DNA of 64,000 nt. Origin: Octopus sinensis (lineage: Eukaryota). Made by a program: the position numbers and the translations under genes. Under the pieces are notes generated by a model. That model was given only the letters and a program-made list of their open reading frames with translations, ran no database searches and was not told the origin of the DNA. Location of the stretch: NCBI RefSeq assembly GCF_006345805.1, contig NC_043007.1:23374001-23438000 (forward strand). The letters run 5' to 3'. Positions within the stretch are counted from its first letter, which is position 1. The number at the start of each line of letters is the position of its first letter. Below, piece after piece: positions 1 through 13,193 of this stretch.

Positions 1-215
1 ACTGTTTCTTTGCGTCTTTTGAATAGAGGACATAAATTTACTTTGTCTCAGACCACTTAAGTATAAGTAATGCTTGCCAGGCTTCTTTAGCAAACTTTGT
101 CACAATCTGTATAGTCTTATATCTTGTTTGAGATATATTTTCAGTCAATCTTTTCAACAAAATATTTCAGAAACAGAAGTTCGGCAAATAGACATCGGTG
201 TATTGGTGTACGTTC

Positions 216-379
216 GGCGTGGGTGTATGGTCAAGAAGTTAGCTTTGCAGCCATGTGGTTTTAGGTTCGGTCCCGCTGAGAAGCACCTTGGGCAAGTGTC
301 CTTTACTTTAGCCCTAGACCGACCAATTTCTTGTGAATTAATTTAGTAGACAGAAACTGTGTAGAAACCCGTCGATCAT

Positions 380-433
<54 letters not shown>

Positions 434-712
434 TATATATTATATGTATTATATATATATATATATTATATATATATATATATATATACGTGTGTGTATT
501 TGTCTGTCCCTACCACCATCACTTGGCAACCGGCCTACGTCCCTATAACTCACTGGTTCCACCAAAAGAATCGATCGAATAAGTTCCAAACATTAAAATA
601 TAAAAAAAAAACATACTGGTGGGGGTCGATTTTTTTCGACTAAAACCATACAATGCAGTGCACCAGAATGGCCGCAGTCCAATGACTGAACCAGGTTAAA
701 GATAAAAGATAA
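216..712 (+). mobile_element. SINE family A (tRNA-like head, CORE-like CCTTGGGCAAGT block, internal microsatellite), diverged copy
   Basis: Colinear with the near-consensus copy at 9372-9811: head, caccttgggcaagtgtc, (CA)n/(TA)n insert, tail ending atggccgcagtccaatgactgaa. Confidence 0.85.
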
Positions 713-815
713 AAAATAATATAGGTGTTTGTTTTGTGAAACGGTTGACACGATATACTTATTTAAAGGAACTGTTGATCGTCGTTTCGAGTCCGCCTGC
801 ACATTGCTTGTGAGA

Positions 816-1032
816 TACCGTAATTTCCAGCGTACAAGACGTATTCGTGCATAAGACGCATCCCTACTTTACAAGTATACTTTACGCAAAGACAAATTTA
901 ATATATTTCATCAAACACTCATAGACTCGGTATCCCATTTGTAAAACGGTTGCATTACACGCATAGCAATTTTCTTTTACATTTCAAAATAAAATTTTAA
1001 AAAACGTCTTATACGCCAGGATGTGTGGTGTA
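816..1032. mobile_element. Tc1/mariner (Tc2-like) MITE, degenerate
   Basis: Imperfect TIRs taccgtaatttccagcgtacaagacg ... cgtcttatacgccagg...gtgta; no ORF. Confidence 0.5.
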
Positions 1033-1041
1033 TAAATATAT

Positions 1042-1485
1042 CTTCTTTTACCTGTTCTAGTCATTGGACTGTGAAATAAATGGAGAACGACCTTGATGGG
1101 TTTTAGTTGAAAATATTGTCCCCCAGTTCTTTTATTTTATTTTTTAATTTTTTAAATTTTTTTTATATATAGCTGGTATTTATTTCATCGCTTTCTTCTG
1201 CGGAACCGCTAAGGTATGGAAACGTAAGCAAAGCAACACCGATTGTAAACCGGTGTGGGAAGGGCAATTAGAAACACACACATACATGCACACACACACA
1301 CACACACACACGCATACACATGTACGATCGGTTTCTACGCAGTTTTCAGATACCAATTTCTCTCACAAGGCATTGGTCCGCCCGGAACGATAGTTGAAAA
1401 CACTTGCTCAACAAGGTACCGCGTTGGGATTGAAACCGAAGCCATGTAGCTGCAAAGCGAAATTCTTTACACAGCCATGCCTGCA
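1042..1485 (-). mobile_element. SINE family A, diverged copy
   Basis: Reverse-complement match to family A tail, internal (CA)n and head (acagccatgcctgc). Confidence 0.8.
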
Positions 1486-1973
1486 ATAAAAAACATAAAT
1501 TTTTTTTTAAATTACGAGAACAAACAAAAAGACATACCTGTAATTAATTCAAACCCATTTGTTTTCTACGTTCAGATAGATACGTGTACGTTCTAAAATT
1601 ACCTTTCACTACAACATACACACTTATCTTCATTCACATATTTTATTAATTATGAAATTTTTACTGACGCAAATCACCACCAGTTCACTAGTTGCCAGGA
1701 ACTCTAGTTTGTGTGGTTTTGTTTTGTTTTTTTCTTCCGTATATTATGTATTTGTGCTCGAGTGTGCGTGTGCAAGTGTGTGCATGTACGTATGCATCTG
1801 CGTGCGAAAGTGAATTGTTTTTTTTTCTCTCGTGATGTTACAGTTGGTAATGAAATGACTTCGTAATAACCTTAAACGTTGGAGTTCTTAGACTGATTAA
1901 ACACACATGGTTTAAGGTTTATATATACGTAAACACTATGCTATACACGTATCTGTTTAAATAAATACACCGT

Positions 1974-2350
1974 GGGCATGACTCTGTGTAGTTAAGAGGC
2001 TCGCTTTGCAACTGCGTGATTTCGGGTTCAGTCCCACCGTGCGGCACAGTGGGCAAATGTCTTTTACTATAGTACTCGGTCGACCAATGCCTTGTGAGTG
2101 AAATTAGTAGAAAAAACTGTGTGAGTGTGTGTGTCCCCCTTTGTCTCTATGTTTGTCCGTCCTTCTGTTTGATAACCGCTTATGGTTTGTTTACGTCCTG
2201 TAACTTAACGATTCAGCAAAAACAGATAAATACAAACAGTTCCAGACATAAACACAATAAGTATAGGAGTCGACTTGTTCCTCTAAAATCCTTCAAGACG
2301 GTGCCCCAGCATGGCCGCAGTCCAATGATTGAAACAAGTAAAAATAAAAG
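1974..2350 (+). mobile_element. SINE family A
   Basis: gggttcagtcccac head, gggcaaatgtctt core, tail ccagcatggccgcagtccaatgattgaaacaagtaaaa. Confidence 0.85.
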
Positions 2351-2803
2351 TTTCCACACAGGTACACACACACACACACACACTCATACACACGTGCGCG
2401 CACACACACACACACTCACACACACACACACACACACATATTAAGTGAAGTGGAATGTTCAGTGCCTGTCAATAACGCTAGCCTTTGGACAAGAATGTAC
2501 ATAGTCATAAATCTGTGTTTATGTTATGTGTAATGAATACACACATGCATGCATATGTATGTATACACGCAGGCATGTACGCGTGAGTAGGTACACAAAC
2601 AAAATATATACACTCACGTACACATACCTACATACGTTACTCTACAACATGTATGAAGTATTCTCCCCCCTCTTCGACAAAAAGTAATGTTTAACTGTAT
2701 GTCTGTGTATGTGTAGACCTAAGTATATATGAATATATATATATGTGTGTGTGTGTGCGCGAGCGCGTCAGTGTAGAATATATTTTCATGCATGTTACAA
2801 ATA

Positions 2804-2856
<53 letters not shown>

Positions 2857-3959
2857 CAGAGAGACAGACAGACAGACAGATAGAGCAATAAGAAAATGGA
2901 GGCGATCAATAGTTGGTATGTATGAATAAGGATCCACACAGGTACACACACATCAACTTTTAGTGAGAGAGGGGAGTCAAAGTGTGACACACTGACACAC
3001 AGAAATTCGTTTTGGCATTTATTATTATAGATGTATGATATTACATATACATGTTATATATAATACAGATATATAATATAATATATTTATATATATGTAT
3101 GTATGTATGTATGCATGTATGTATGTATATGTACATATGCACGATGCTTAATAACTCCTAAATTTGGTAGCCATTATGATATAGAGTAAAAACACGTAAC
3201 AATCACATAACTTGCAACATATACGTGCGGCTCTAATGAACTGCGACTACGCTTGACTGCGTCTGTCCCCGTCTCCCTCCGCCGGACGGTTTGCGTCATT
3301 TAACGAAAGTGTTTGCACTGACGTGTCCAAGTGACATCTATTAAATATGCCTGAGAAACCTGAGCCACCAACCAGATCCTATTAACCGACTAGTCCTGTC
3401 CTTCTACTATTCAGTATACGTGATCTTTATTGATATTTTTAATCAAGGCATCTAGTCTGGACAGAGTGTCGAAGTGTTGATGATGGATCATTAGTTCGTG
3501 TCATGACAGCACCGATTCTGCGCTCGATCTGTACTTTTAGTAACTTGACCAAAATCAGTGCCAGTAACAGGATACTAGCTGTCAAAACTTGATCAGCAGC
3601 TAACACCATATCTGCACCATTTGTCTGCATTCAAAGCTTGCAAAACTGGAGCTGGCTGGTCTTGTACTTCTGACAATAAGACACTCCCAACCCACTTATC
3701 TCTCCACCTTTCGGCATACTCGTCATGTTCAACTCCGCACCTTCAAGCCTTAGGCTTTTATTTTGTCTTTCCATTTGAGAACATTGGCCTTCAGGAATCA
3801 CCTTGTCTCTTCATGGCTTTTCAGATGTTGACTTACAGCGGTTTAAACCAGGAATGGGCAACCTTTTTTCTAGAAGCGGGTCGTACAACTAAGAAAATTA
3901 TTCAAAGTAGTTTCCCGTTAGACATGCCATTCAGAAAGTCACGAGGGCCGAGCTGTAAG

Positions 3960-4125
3960 TTCAGTCCTTAAGCAAATCACTTCATTTCATGTTGCTCTGC
4001 GATCTCTTTGACGCCTGACGTGTGACACACCTTGCACTTGTACAGACAATGTCACTTTGATGGACGGAGTGAAGTACAAACATTTGATCACTATAAACAA
4101 ATCGTCTGCAGATTGTTCTTTCAGC
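3960..4125 (+). mobile_element. SINE family C fragment with a third type of 3' segment
   Basis: cttaagcaaatcacttcatttcatgttgctc matches the family C core, followed by sequence unlike the other family C tails. Confidence 0.45.
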
Positions 4126-4312
4126 AAGAAATTACGAAACTCTCATTTGTCGCCTACGACAAGAGAATTCACAAAGTACATACACATACATACATACATA
4201 ATATATATATATTACTTGTTTCAGTCACTGGACTGCAGCTATGTTGGGGCGTATACATATATATATAGATATATTACTTGTTTAAGTCATTGGTCTGTAG
4301 CCTTACTGAGGC

Positions 4313-4388
<76 letters not shown>

Positions 4389-5624
4389 AAAGTCCCTGTC
4401 AGCACCGAGCTTTACAATATTCTGAATCTTCTTTCAGTTTTGAGAGAAACCATCCGTTAATGTTCCGTTGTTATTCTTAGCATGTGGTTAGTAAGCAAGC
4501 TACTTACCACACAGTCACTCCTACGCCTATATATATATATATGTATCAATTTAAAGTAAATAATTTAGTTCGATCCTCTACTGTCTCCGTCTTACTTTTC
4601 CGACCAGCCATGATTTTTGTTTAATAGTACAAGGTTCTACTTCCCAGACAGGAATTCTTTCTCTTTCTTGCTCTCTCTCTTTCTTTCTTTCTTTCTTTGT
4701 TTTCATATGAATCTTATTTAAAGAATAAGAATATCTCTTCAAGAAAAAGCAGCATATGAATTTAATAAAGGAAACAAAATGAAAGAGTTAAGTTGCTAAT
4801 TTAGGAAGATAACAAACTCCCTAAAACTATGTGAATAAAATTGTTTTTCTTTTTAGTAAAATATAAATAAAACGTAAATGCTTGTAATATCCACAAGTAT
4901 CACATCTGGAGAAAGTTTGTGTTAAAAAATAAAGGGTTGTATATTACTGAAGCTGCCAAGTAAATCTTGTCAGGAGTGGCAGTTGAAAAACTTGATCGAA
5001 AACATCAAGACTATTAATGTAAAATAAAATTAAACGCATACTCACTTCGGACTTTAAAATGGAAGAACAATCAGGACTGTAACTACAAAAATATGTTTAA
5101 CGGGCTCAACTTATATATTTGTAACGGGAAAGAGAAAGAGAAAGAGAGAAGATAGGGAAACGAAGGGTGAACATGTTTCCAGTGGAAATCGAAACCGGTT
5201 AACAAAGTCGGCTTGTCAAGGGAAATATGTTTACGTCACTGAGATTGATGGCGGGAGATGCTTTTAAATGTATTAAATTGCTTCTTTTTAACATAACACC
5301 ACTCGCTCGGAGATAGAGAATGTGTTTATTTGCTTCTCTATTTTTGTTTTTTTATCTTGTATTCGTTGTTGTTTAGATATAGGCCTGTCCTGATTAATCA
5401 AAGAAATTCCAACCGTGACCATCCCATTTTCAGACAGTATTTTCTAAGACTAAGATGGTGAATTGGCAGTGTACGAAAGATGATGCATTGCTGTATTCTT
5501 TCTGACTCTCTACTCACTGAAGTCAAATTCCGCCGAACTCAACTTTGCCTTCCATTCTTTAAGGTTCCACAAATGTCAGCCCTATATTGAGTTAGATTCT
5601 CCTTCTTTCTTCTTCTGTCTGTCT

Positions 5625-5661
<37 letters not shown>

Positions 5662-5833
5662 ACCCCTTGCAAGACACTCCCTTGAGTTACTTCTCTTCAT
5701 CCATATTGCTAATGGTTATACATAGTTCATATTAACCCTCACTACTTTTATGTGTTAGGCTCTACCTCATTGAGAACGTCCCACTGATGTATTTTCCCAA
5801 ATACCTATTGATATTCATTATCAAGGTCACAAC

Positions 5834-6251
5834 TAGGGCTGGATTAAAGCCCATAGAACCCTTAAGCACTTAAAAGATCTTGGTATCACCATATATATGT
5901 AATTCAAACTAGAAACAATAATTTACCACAAAATAAATTTTTATTTTTCAAAATGAAAAAAAATTATGAGTAACAGGGAAAATAATGTTTATTTTTGTAT
6001 ACTTTCACTATTTATATTTGAAAAGTTTTCCCTACTTTTTTTAATTGCAAAGTCTTTGATCAGATCCTCAAAATTAATCTTACGTAACACATCTGCGTCT
6101 ATGCTTAGAGATAAGGCATCCCGAATATTATTTTAGCAACTTTTGATTTCTTTTGTGCCGTAAACCATTAACCATTTCTGTGGTGCTTCCACCTACTTCT
6201 TTTGATACTCTAAGCATGTGCTTATTTTGCTTAATATTTAATCCAGCGCTG
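5834..6251. mobile_element. Non-autonomous hAT transposon (Tip100-like TIR)
   Basis: TIRs tagggctggattaaa / tttaatccagcgctg; 8-bp TSD gtcacaac (5826-5833) / gtcacaat (6252-6259), the TSD length characteristic of hAT. Confidence 0.8.
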
Positions 6252-6713
6252 GTCACAATCTTTCCTGTATTCGTTATGTTTTCCTTTAAACCAGCTGAGA
6301 TGAATACGCTTCTTTGAAGAGATGTAATAAAATCGAAACAAGCTTATTGCTTTTTTTACCAGTTACCTATAAAGTTATAATCCATTCGTAACAGCATAAT
6401 TTAGACTAGCTGCTGCTATTGGAGTAATAAGCTTGGTGCTTGTTGTAGATTTTAAACATAGAAAGAATTATTAAGTTTCCCGTTGCGAGGATATTCTCAA
6501 TTAATCGTCGTTTTACTACTCACTGCATAACATATGTGAGACTCCCCCGCAGCGGTTCCCAACCGAGATCCATATGATCCTTGGTGGGGATCCATGTAAG
6601 ATTTTGTTGTTAAAATTTATGTGCAAAAAATTGGTTGTACTTCTACAATACATAAAAAATATTTTAGTTTTTTTCTATACAATTCTTAATATTTAACCAT
6701 TAAAATATAATCA

Positions 6714-7025
6714 TTCTTCTTTCGCCCTTTTCAAGCCTAGCCAGGATCATGGGCCCGGTTTCCCGGTGTCTGTGGCGTATGTGTTCCCCCCAGCTTGACG
6801 GGACGCCAGCCCATCGCAGCGTTACTCAAGAAACAGGAAGAGAGAGTGAGAGAAAGTTGGGGCGAAAGAGTACAACAGGGGTCGCCACCACCCCCTGCCG
6901 GAGCCTCGTGGAGCTTTTAGGTGTTTTCACTCAATAAACACACACAACACCCGGTCTAGGAATCGAAACCGCAATCCTCCGACCGCGAGTCCGCTGCCCT
7001 AACCACTGGGCCATTGCACCTCCAC
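6714..7025 (-). mobile_element. SINE family D (tRNA-like head) with tail type T1
   Basis: Minus strand reads ggtgcaatggcccagtggttagggcagcggactcgcggtcgg...gtttcgattcc (A/B-box-like); near-identical to 44396-44708. Confidence 0.85.
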
Positions 7026-7273
7026 TGCGCCCTTTTTAAAGCCTAGCCAGGTTCATGGGCACGGTTTCTCGGTTTCTATGGCGTATGTGTTCCCCAGCTG
7101 GACGGGACGCCAGTCTATCGCAGCGTTACTTATTTTTGCCAGCTGAGTGGACTGGAGCACGTGAAATGAAGTGTTTTGCTCAAGAACACAACGCGTCGCC
7201 CGGTCCAGGAATCGAAACCGCAATCTGACGATCATGGTGCTGACACCCTAACCACTGAGTCACGCGCCTCCAC
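7026..7273 (-). mobile_element. SINE family C (CORE-like tgttcttgagcaaaacacttcatttcacg) with tail type T1
   Basis: Abuts the family D copy and shares its ~105-bp 3' tail; core matches 32575-32908 and 44768-44944. Confidence 0.8.
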
Positions 7274-7301
7274 CATATATATATATATATATATATATAT
7301 A

Positions 7302-7450
7302 CTACGGGTCTCATTCAGTTTCCGTCTACCAATTCAAATCACGAGGCTTTGGTCGGCCCAAGGCTATAGAAGAAGACACTTGCCCAAGTTTCCACGCAGT
7401 GGCACTGAACCCAGAACCATGTGGTTTGGAAGCAAGCTTCTTACCACATA
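7302..7450 (-). mobile_element. SINE family A, 5' half
   Basis: tcagtttccgtctacc...gacacttgcccaag...accatgtggtttggaagcaagcttcttaccaca. Confidence 0.8.
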
Positions 7451-7462
7451 ACTACAGACAGA

Positions 7463-7547
<85 letters not shown>

Positions 7548-8528
7548 TGACAGACAGATAATCACTGAGTGTAGCTGACTCTGAATAGACATGCCCGTTG
7601 CTTTCTTCAGCTGCCTTTAAAGACAATATCCACGCCGAAATACACTGGCTTTATTTCCCAAAGATTTCAAATAACTAATATCGGTAGAGTTATAATCCTT
7701 TCTTTATTGTTGCTGTTTTGGGGGTTCTAAACACCTCCTATAGGGAGAATTTGTCTTCTACTTACAACTTATTGAGGTTTTACAACTCATTATATTATGT
7801 AGTGGAGACCCTTATGATATTTTCACTCGGCCCTATTGTAGATATAAGAATAGTGTCTTATATGTGTTTACCAATTCTTAAAATGATGCAGAATTAGACG
7901 CTAATTAATTTGAGGGAATGTGTGCCGTTCACAAACCCCTCAGATATAATAGAGACGCGTATGCACACACGCACTTTGGCACACGCACACACACACACAC
8001 AAACAAACACACACACAGAGATAACAACTGGTGGTAATTAAGTCAGTTAAGAAGCCTAAAACAAAATGGCTGACATTATGCCAGGAAATAAAACGATAAT
8101 AAAAAGAGGAATGCTAGATCGCTTAATTTCTGAGTAGATAGTAAAAGGTACATCCTCTTTAAGGCATATAAAATTTCTGAACACAAATATTCACAAAGCT
8201 TTTGCGTGTGATTATCTCTATAAAAGTATATGCATGTATAAATTTACATATTACTATGTGTGTGTGTAAGTGTTTTGCACGTATGCATGCAACACACACC
8301 AACATATATATATATATAATATATATATATATAGATATATATATATATATATAGATATATATATATACAAAATGGTATTCAGAGGGTCGTATGCAGAGAA
8401 TGCCCGGATGTCCGCGTAAGCTTTAAATATATGGTGTAAAAACAATACGCATTAAAATGAACAAGACAGGAAGAACAAAGTTTAACAAGTATGGCATTAG
8501 TTTAACTCTTAGATGGAAAAAAAGGATT

Positions 8529-8565
8529 CCTTAACGTTTCGAGTATTAGTACTTCATCAGGAGAA
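8529..8565 (-). ncRNA. Degenerate minimal hammerhead-like motif in a Penelope-like terminal repeat remnant
   Basis: Minus strand CUGAUGA-AGUA(cuaa)UACU-C-GAAA-CGUU; stem I poorly paired; (TA)n tract nearby. Confidence 0.45.
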
Positions 8566-9371
8566 AAGAAAAGGAGAAACATAGAGGAAGTGAAAAGGGA
8601 AAATATTTACTGAAAGATAAGAAAGTGAAGATTTAGAAACCAAATGGGAATGCTGTTATGTGGAAGAAATTCAGAAGATGGAGGGGTGCGTGTGTTCATG
8701 TAAGTATCGGAGTGAATCTTTGTTTGGAAGCAGGCATAGGAGAGTGATGTGCTTGTGGTGTGTGTTTGTGTGTTGAACGTATGTTTATGTGGTGTGCGTA
8801 CGTGTGTAGCGGTGTACTGATGTGGAATCGTATATATGAGATGATAGCATGTACGAAGGAATACAGTTATTGATGGAGCATATGGAATGGAAAGAAGAAA
8901 GTGAAAGGTAGTAAGTGTCGTGTGTGAATGTTAATATTATTTAAAATTATTCTTGACTTGTCTCAACTTCCTTCCGTTTTTGCAGCACACGTGCAGGAGT
9001 TAAGATGGCTTCAACCGGAGACCAAAACCGAGTCACATAATTCGATGCATAGATCATGACGTACGGGGAGGCTACCTCTTGACCTACTTCTACTTTAAGA
9101 GTGCCGCTCATTATAGAAACAAAACCTTGTGTTCGTACCTGAATCTAATCACCGGAAATAGTTAGGAAAAAGAAAACTTGTTGCAGATTCGTAGATGTCG
9201 AACTTTATAGTGTTTGGTGGGCTCTGTTTGGCAACTCATTCATATTCATTTTTACTTTCCAATGAGGTTCTTTATTTTGCTTAATCAGAATTTTCAGTGA
9301 AATCCGTTCTAAATAACACCATTCGGTTTTATTGATACTTCTTTGATTTTCAAAACAGATTATCATACACA

Positions 9372-9556
9372 GGCGCAGGAGTGGCTGTGTGGTAAGTAGC
9401 TTGCTTACCAACCACATGGTTCCGGGTTCAGTCCCACTGCGTGGCACCTTGGGCAAGTGTCTTTTGCTATAGCCTCGGGCCGACCAAAGCCTTGTGAGTG
9501 GATATGGTAGACGGCAAACTGAAAGAAGCCCGTCGTATATATATATATATATGTGT

Positions 9557-9608
<52 letters not shown>

Positions 9609-9811
9609 TTGTGTGTCTGTGTTTGTCCCTCTAGCATGCTTGACAACCGTGCTGGTGTGTTTACGTCCCCGTCACTTAGCGGTTCGGCAAAAGAGACTCG
9701 ATAGTTTAATACGTACTGGGCTTACAAAGAATAAGTCCCTGGGTCGATTTGCTCGGACTAAAGGCGGTGCTCCAGCATGGCCGCAGTCAAATGATTGAAA
9801 CAAGTAAAAGA
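9372..9811 (+). mobile_element. SINE family A, near-consensus full-length copy
   Basis: ggcgcaggagtggctgtgtggtaag (A box-like), gggttcagtccc (B box-like), ccttgggcaagtgtc, internal (TA)n(TG)n, conserved tail; many copies in window. Confidence 0.9.
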
Positions 9812-10399
9812 ATATAGTAATAACACTGTGAAAAATAGAATTACTTTACATTTCATTAAAATACACAAATTCTGTTCCACTATTCGTTATTGCTTCGTGG
9901 GGCTCGTCACAAATATAGTTCTATTTTTGCGTTAATATCTAATACCAGTTGAACACCATCGTTATGATCGTCCAATGTGCTCGTCCACTTGCAAGAAGTA
10001 CCAACCAAATTTCCTCAGGCCACGCTCAAATTTCTAAGATAAAAACACGTTGGATAGTGTACTACTGGCGTCCCTAACTGAGAGAAATAACAGATGGTCA
10101 AGATGAAGAAAAACGATTTGTTTGAATAACCGTTGTATTATCACTTCAGTTATAAATCCATCGGTTCAAGTAATTTGTGGTGTAATTATTTCACTATCTT
10201 TCCTTTATAGTCTACATTCAATGATTTCTACAAATTTTTATGTTTTCATGATTCTCGTTGATATCTTTGAAATATAAAATGTTTTCATGCTTAAATATAT
10301 TTCATAAGAGTGAAAAGAAGAAAAACAAACAATTCACTACCTTAGGTTGAAAATTTGGGGGCACTGGGAAACGCCTTTAATGACTTTTAAGACACGCCA

Positions 10400-10530
10400 G
10401 CACGCTGCGTGTTGTGTTCTTGAGCAAGACACTTCATTTCACGTTACTCCAGTTCACTCAGCTGCAGAAATGAGTTTGCGACGTCACAGGTGCCAAGCTG
10501 TATCGGCCTTTGCCTTTCTCTTGGATAACA
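10400..10530 (+). mobile_element. SINE family C fragment (tail type T3)
   Basis: gttgtgttcttgagcaagacacttcatttcacg...gtgccaagctgtatcggcctttgcc matches 32645-32770. Confidence 0.7.
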
Positions 10531-10690
10531 AAAGGTTTTGTGAGATACAGCTAACCAGGGTTTCTTGGTTGAAATATCATTTTTTTTACTATTTAACTAG
10601 CTGATAAAACAGCAAGTCGGTTTAATTACTGCGTTCGATGCAATTAACGTTTGAATGAGCTCGCGCATTTAAAAAATTATAGAAAGAAAC

Positions 10691-10790
10691 NNNNNNNNNN
10701 NNNNNNNNNNNNNNNNNNNNNNNNNNNNNNNNNNNNNNNNNNNNNNNNNNNNNNNNNNNNNNNNNNNNNNNNNNNNNNNNNNNNNNNNNN
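10691..10790. other. Assembly gap (100 N)
   Basis: Run of N; true length unknown. Confidence 1.
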
Positions 10791-10845
10791 CTGAAACTAG
10801 ATAAAATAAAATAAAAATAGAATAAAAATATATTATATATGTATA

Positions 10846-11067
10846 TACGAGTGGTTGCCGAAGAGTTCCTGGCTTTGCATTAAAGAAAATACAGTAGGGA
10901 TCAATTAATTATGATTTTATTCAACATATTCTCTTCTCAGATTCACACACTTATTGCAGCGGTCCTTCGGTTTTTCTAAGCCCTGTAAACGAACTCAGAA
11001 GGCTGGCCCTCCAACCAGGCCTTTCACGACACCCTTAAAGCTATGAACTTTTTAGCATCTTCTCGTA
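10846..11067. mobile_element. Mariner-derived MITE
   Basis: TA-bounded imperfect TIRs tacgagtggttgccgaagagttcctggcttt / aaagctatgaactttttagcatcttctcgta. Confidence 0.7.
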
Positions 11068-11313
11068 TATGTGTATATATATTTGCGAACTTTAGATTAG
11101 TTAAAATATGTTTCTGATATAGCCCAACTTCTAAACGAAAATTCTCTCTTATGGTACAAGGTATAAAAGCACCATATCTGCCCAATGCTGCCCTCTATCG
11201 GATTCCACAGACACAGCAGTCAATGGGAAATACCGAAGAGTGGTAACTCTAGGCAAACTTAATCAACGACGTTAATCGCAATCTGCTATTGAAACGTCAG
11301 GTGAGAAAAAATT

Positions 11314-11534
11314 CAGCAGTTTCGACACTAAGCTGTGTTTAGGCATAAGCGAACTTTAGGTTAAGTTAAAATATGTTTGTCACATATTTCAACTTTTAAA
11401 GGCAGATTCACTGCAGTTACTGTGGAGGAAAACTGCAGTGAATTAGCCTTTAGAGGTTGAAATATGTCACAAACATACTTTAACTAACCTAAGGTTCGCT
11501 TATGCCTAAACATTGCTTGGCGCTGATACTGTTG
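11314..11534. repeat. Long imperfect palindrome (foldback/MITE-like), arms ~105 bp
   Basis: 11314-11418 is the reverse complement of 11431-11534 with scattered mismatches; a third partial arm copy at ~11085-11135. Confidence 0.85.
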
Positions 11535-11559
11535 GATACATGTGTGTGTGTGTGTGTGT

Positions 11560-11615
<56 letters not shown>

Positions 11616-11656
11616 CATGTGCGCACGCGTGTGTTTGTACGACATATATATATATA

Positions 11657-11797
11657 TTTCGTTTTGGGATTTGATTTGCAAGATTCTTTATATAAGTACG
11701 TGTGTTGAAGCATATTCTGTTGCGTCTGGGGAGAGCCATTTTCTTTTTGTGCCTTATTATGTAACACACTCACCGGTAAAATTTCCACTTATTTCTT
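11657..11797 (-). mobile_element. Penelope-like terminal-repeat fragment (same family as 48525-48735)
   Basis: Reverse complement of ~48590-48732; bounded on both sides by (TA)n; truncated before the hammerhead motif. Confidence 0.65.
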
Positions 11798-11820
11798 TTT
11801 TGTTATATATATATATATAT

Positions 11821-12800
11821 GGGATTGCTATATAGGTTTGTTATAGAGTTTAGCAAAGGGAGATTTTATCGTTATATGTTTTTAAGAGTTTTGGTTTATC
11901 ATGGTTTTTTTTTAGGGATTCGTGGTAATTTGTCTATTTTCGATGTGTGGTTGTTTTATTACATTGTTTCATTCATAATTTTTGAGTGGTGTTCGTTTTG
12001 CCACGTGAATATATTTTTTAATTCCATTTATTCCATTTCTCCATTCATTATTTTAAAAGATGTTCGTTTCCAGAGCGGTTATACTTTTTATACATATGTT
12101 AAGTTCCTTGGTAAAGTAATTTGTTGGTGTATATGTTGAGGCGTATATGTCTTGTGGGTGTGTGTGAGTGGGGTGGTGTTTGTATTTGTTATGGGTGTGT
12201 GGTTTACCGTGTGTATTGTGTGTGAATGTATAGGTTAAAGGGATTGCTATATAAGTATGTTATAGTGTTTAGTAAAGGGAGGTTTAATCATTATGTTTTG
12301 TGAGTTTTAGCTTATCATGGTAGTTTTATAAAAGAATCCATTCATAATTTTGTGTTTATTTGTCTGTGTGGGGTTGAGTGGGTTTTTGGAGTATATGTTG
12401 AGGTTATATGTTGTATAGGTATGTGTAAGTGGTGTGGGTATTTGTATATGTCGTGGTGTGTGGTTTGTACGTGTGTGTATTTGTGTGTGAATGTTTAGGT
12501 TAGGGGATTGCTATATAGGTATGTTATAGAGTTAGTAAAGGGAGATTTTATCATTATATGTTTTTATGAGTTTTGGTTATCATGGTAGGTTTGTTAAGGA
12601 ATCGTAGTATATTGTGTCTATTTGCGATGTCTGTTGTTTTATTGCATTGTTTCATTCATAATTTTTAAGTAGTGTTAGTTTTACCAAGTGAATATAATTT
12701 TTTAATTCCATTTATTTCCTTTCTCGTTCATAATTTTAAGTGATGTCCGTTTTCTAGAGCGTGAATGTGGGTTGTATGTGTGTGTGTGTGGGAGTATGAA
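11821..12800. repeat. Degenerate tandem repeat block (units start ~11821, ~12240, ~12503), probably a retroelement body
   Basis: gggattgctatataggt...gtttagtaaagggagattttatcattatatg...ttatcatgg recurs three times; GT-rich spacer recurs twice. Confidence 0.7.
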
Positions 12801-13193
12801 TAAGTATTGTGTTGAAGTATTTAGCTATTTTATTTATTTATAGTTGCCTAGACGTTTTTATGTGTATGTATAGGGATATATATATATTGTGTGTGATTTA
12901 GTGTATTTAGTTAGATATGGTTATATATAATAGGTATATGTGTATGGGTGTATATATAGTTTATTATTATATTATTATTATTTTTTGTTTTGTTTTATAT
13001 TTTATATTTTATATTTTATATTTTATATTTAATGTTGATAGGTTTATTTTAGTTTATATATTGTTTATATATTGATTATATATGGATTATATATAGGTTA
13101 TATGGATTATATATTTATATTTTTTCATTCATACTTAATTATTTTAAATTATTATTTTTATATTTTAAAATATTGATATTTTAGATTGGAAGT

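Noticed and set aside
3240-3830. Unique-looking sequence with short ORFs, possible LTR-element relic or exon
   Set aside because: No recognisable motifs, paired LTRs or splice sites
6550-6710. hAT/Charlie-like terminus cagcggttcccaacc (also caggaatgggcaacc at ~3849)
   Set aside because: Only one end visible, no TSD; too little to delimit an element
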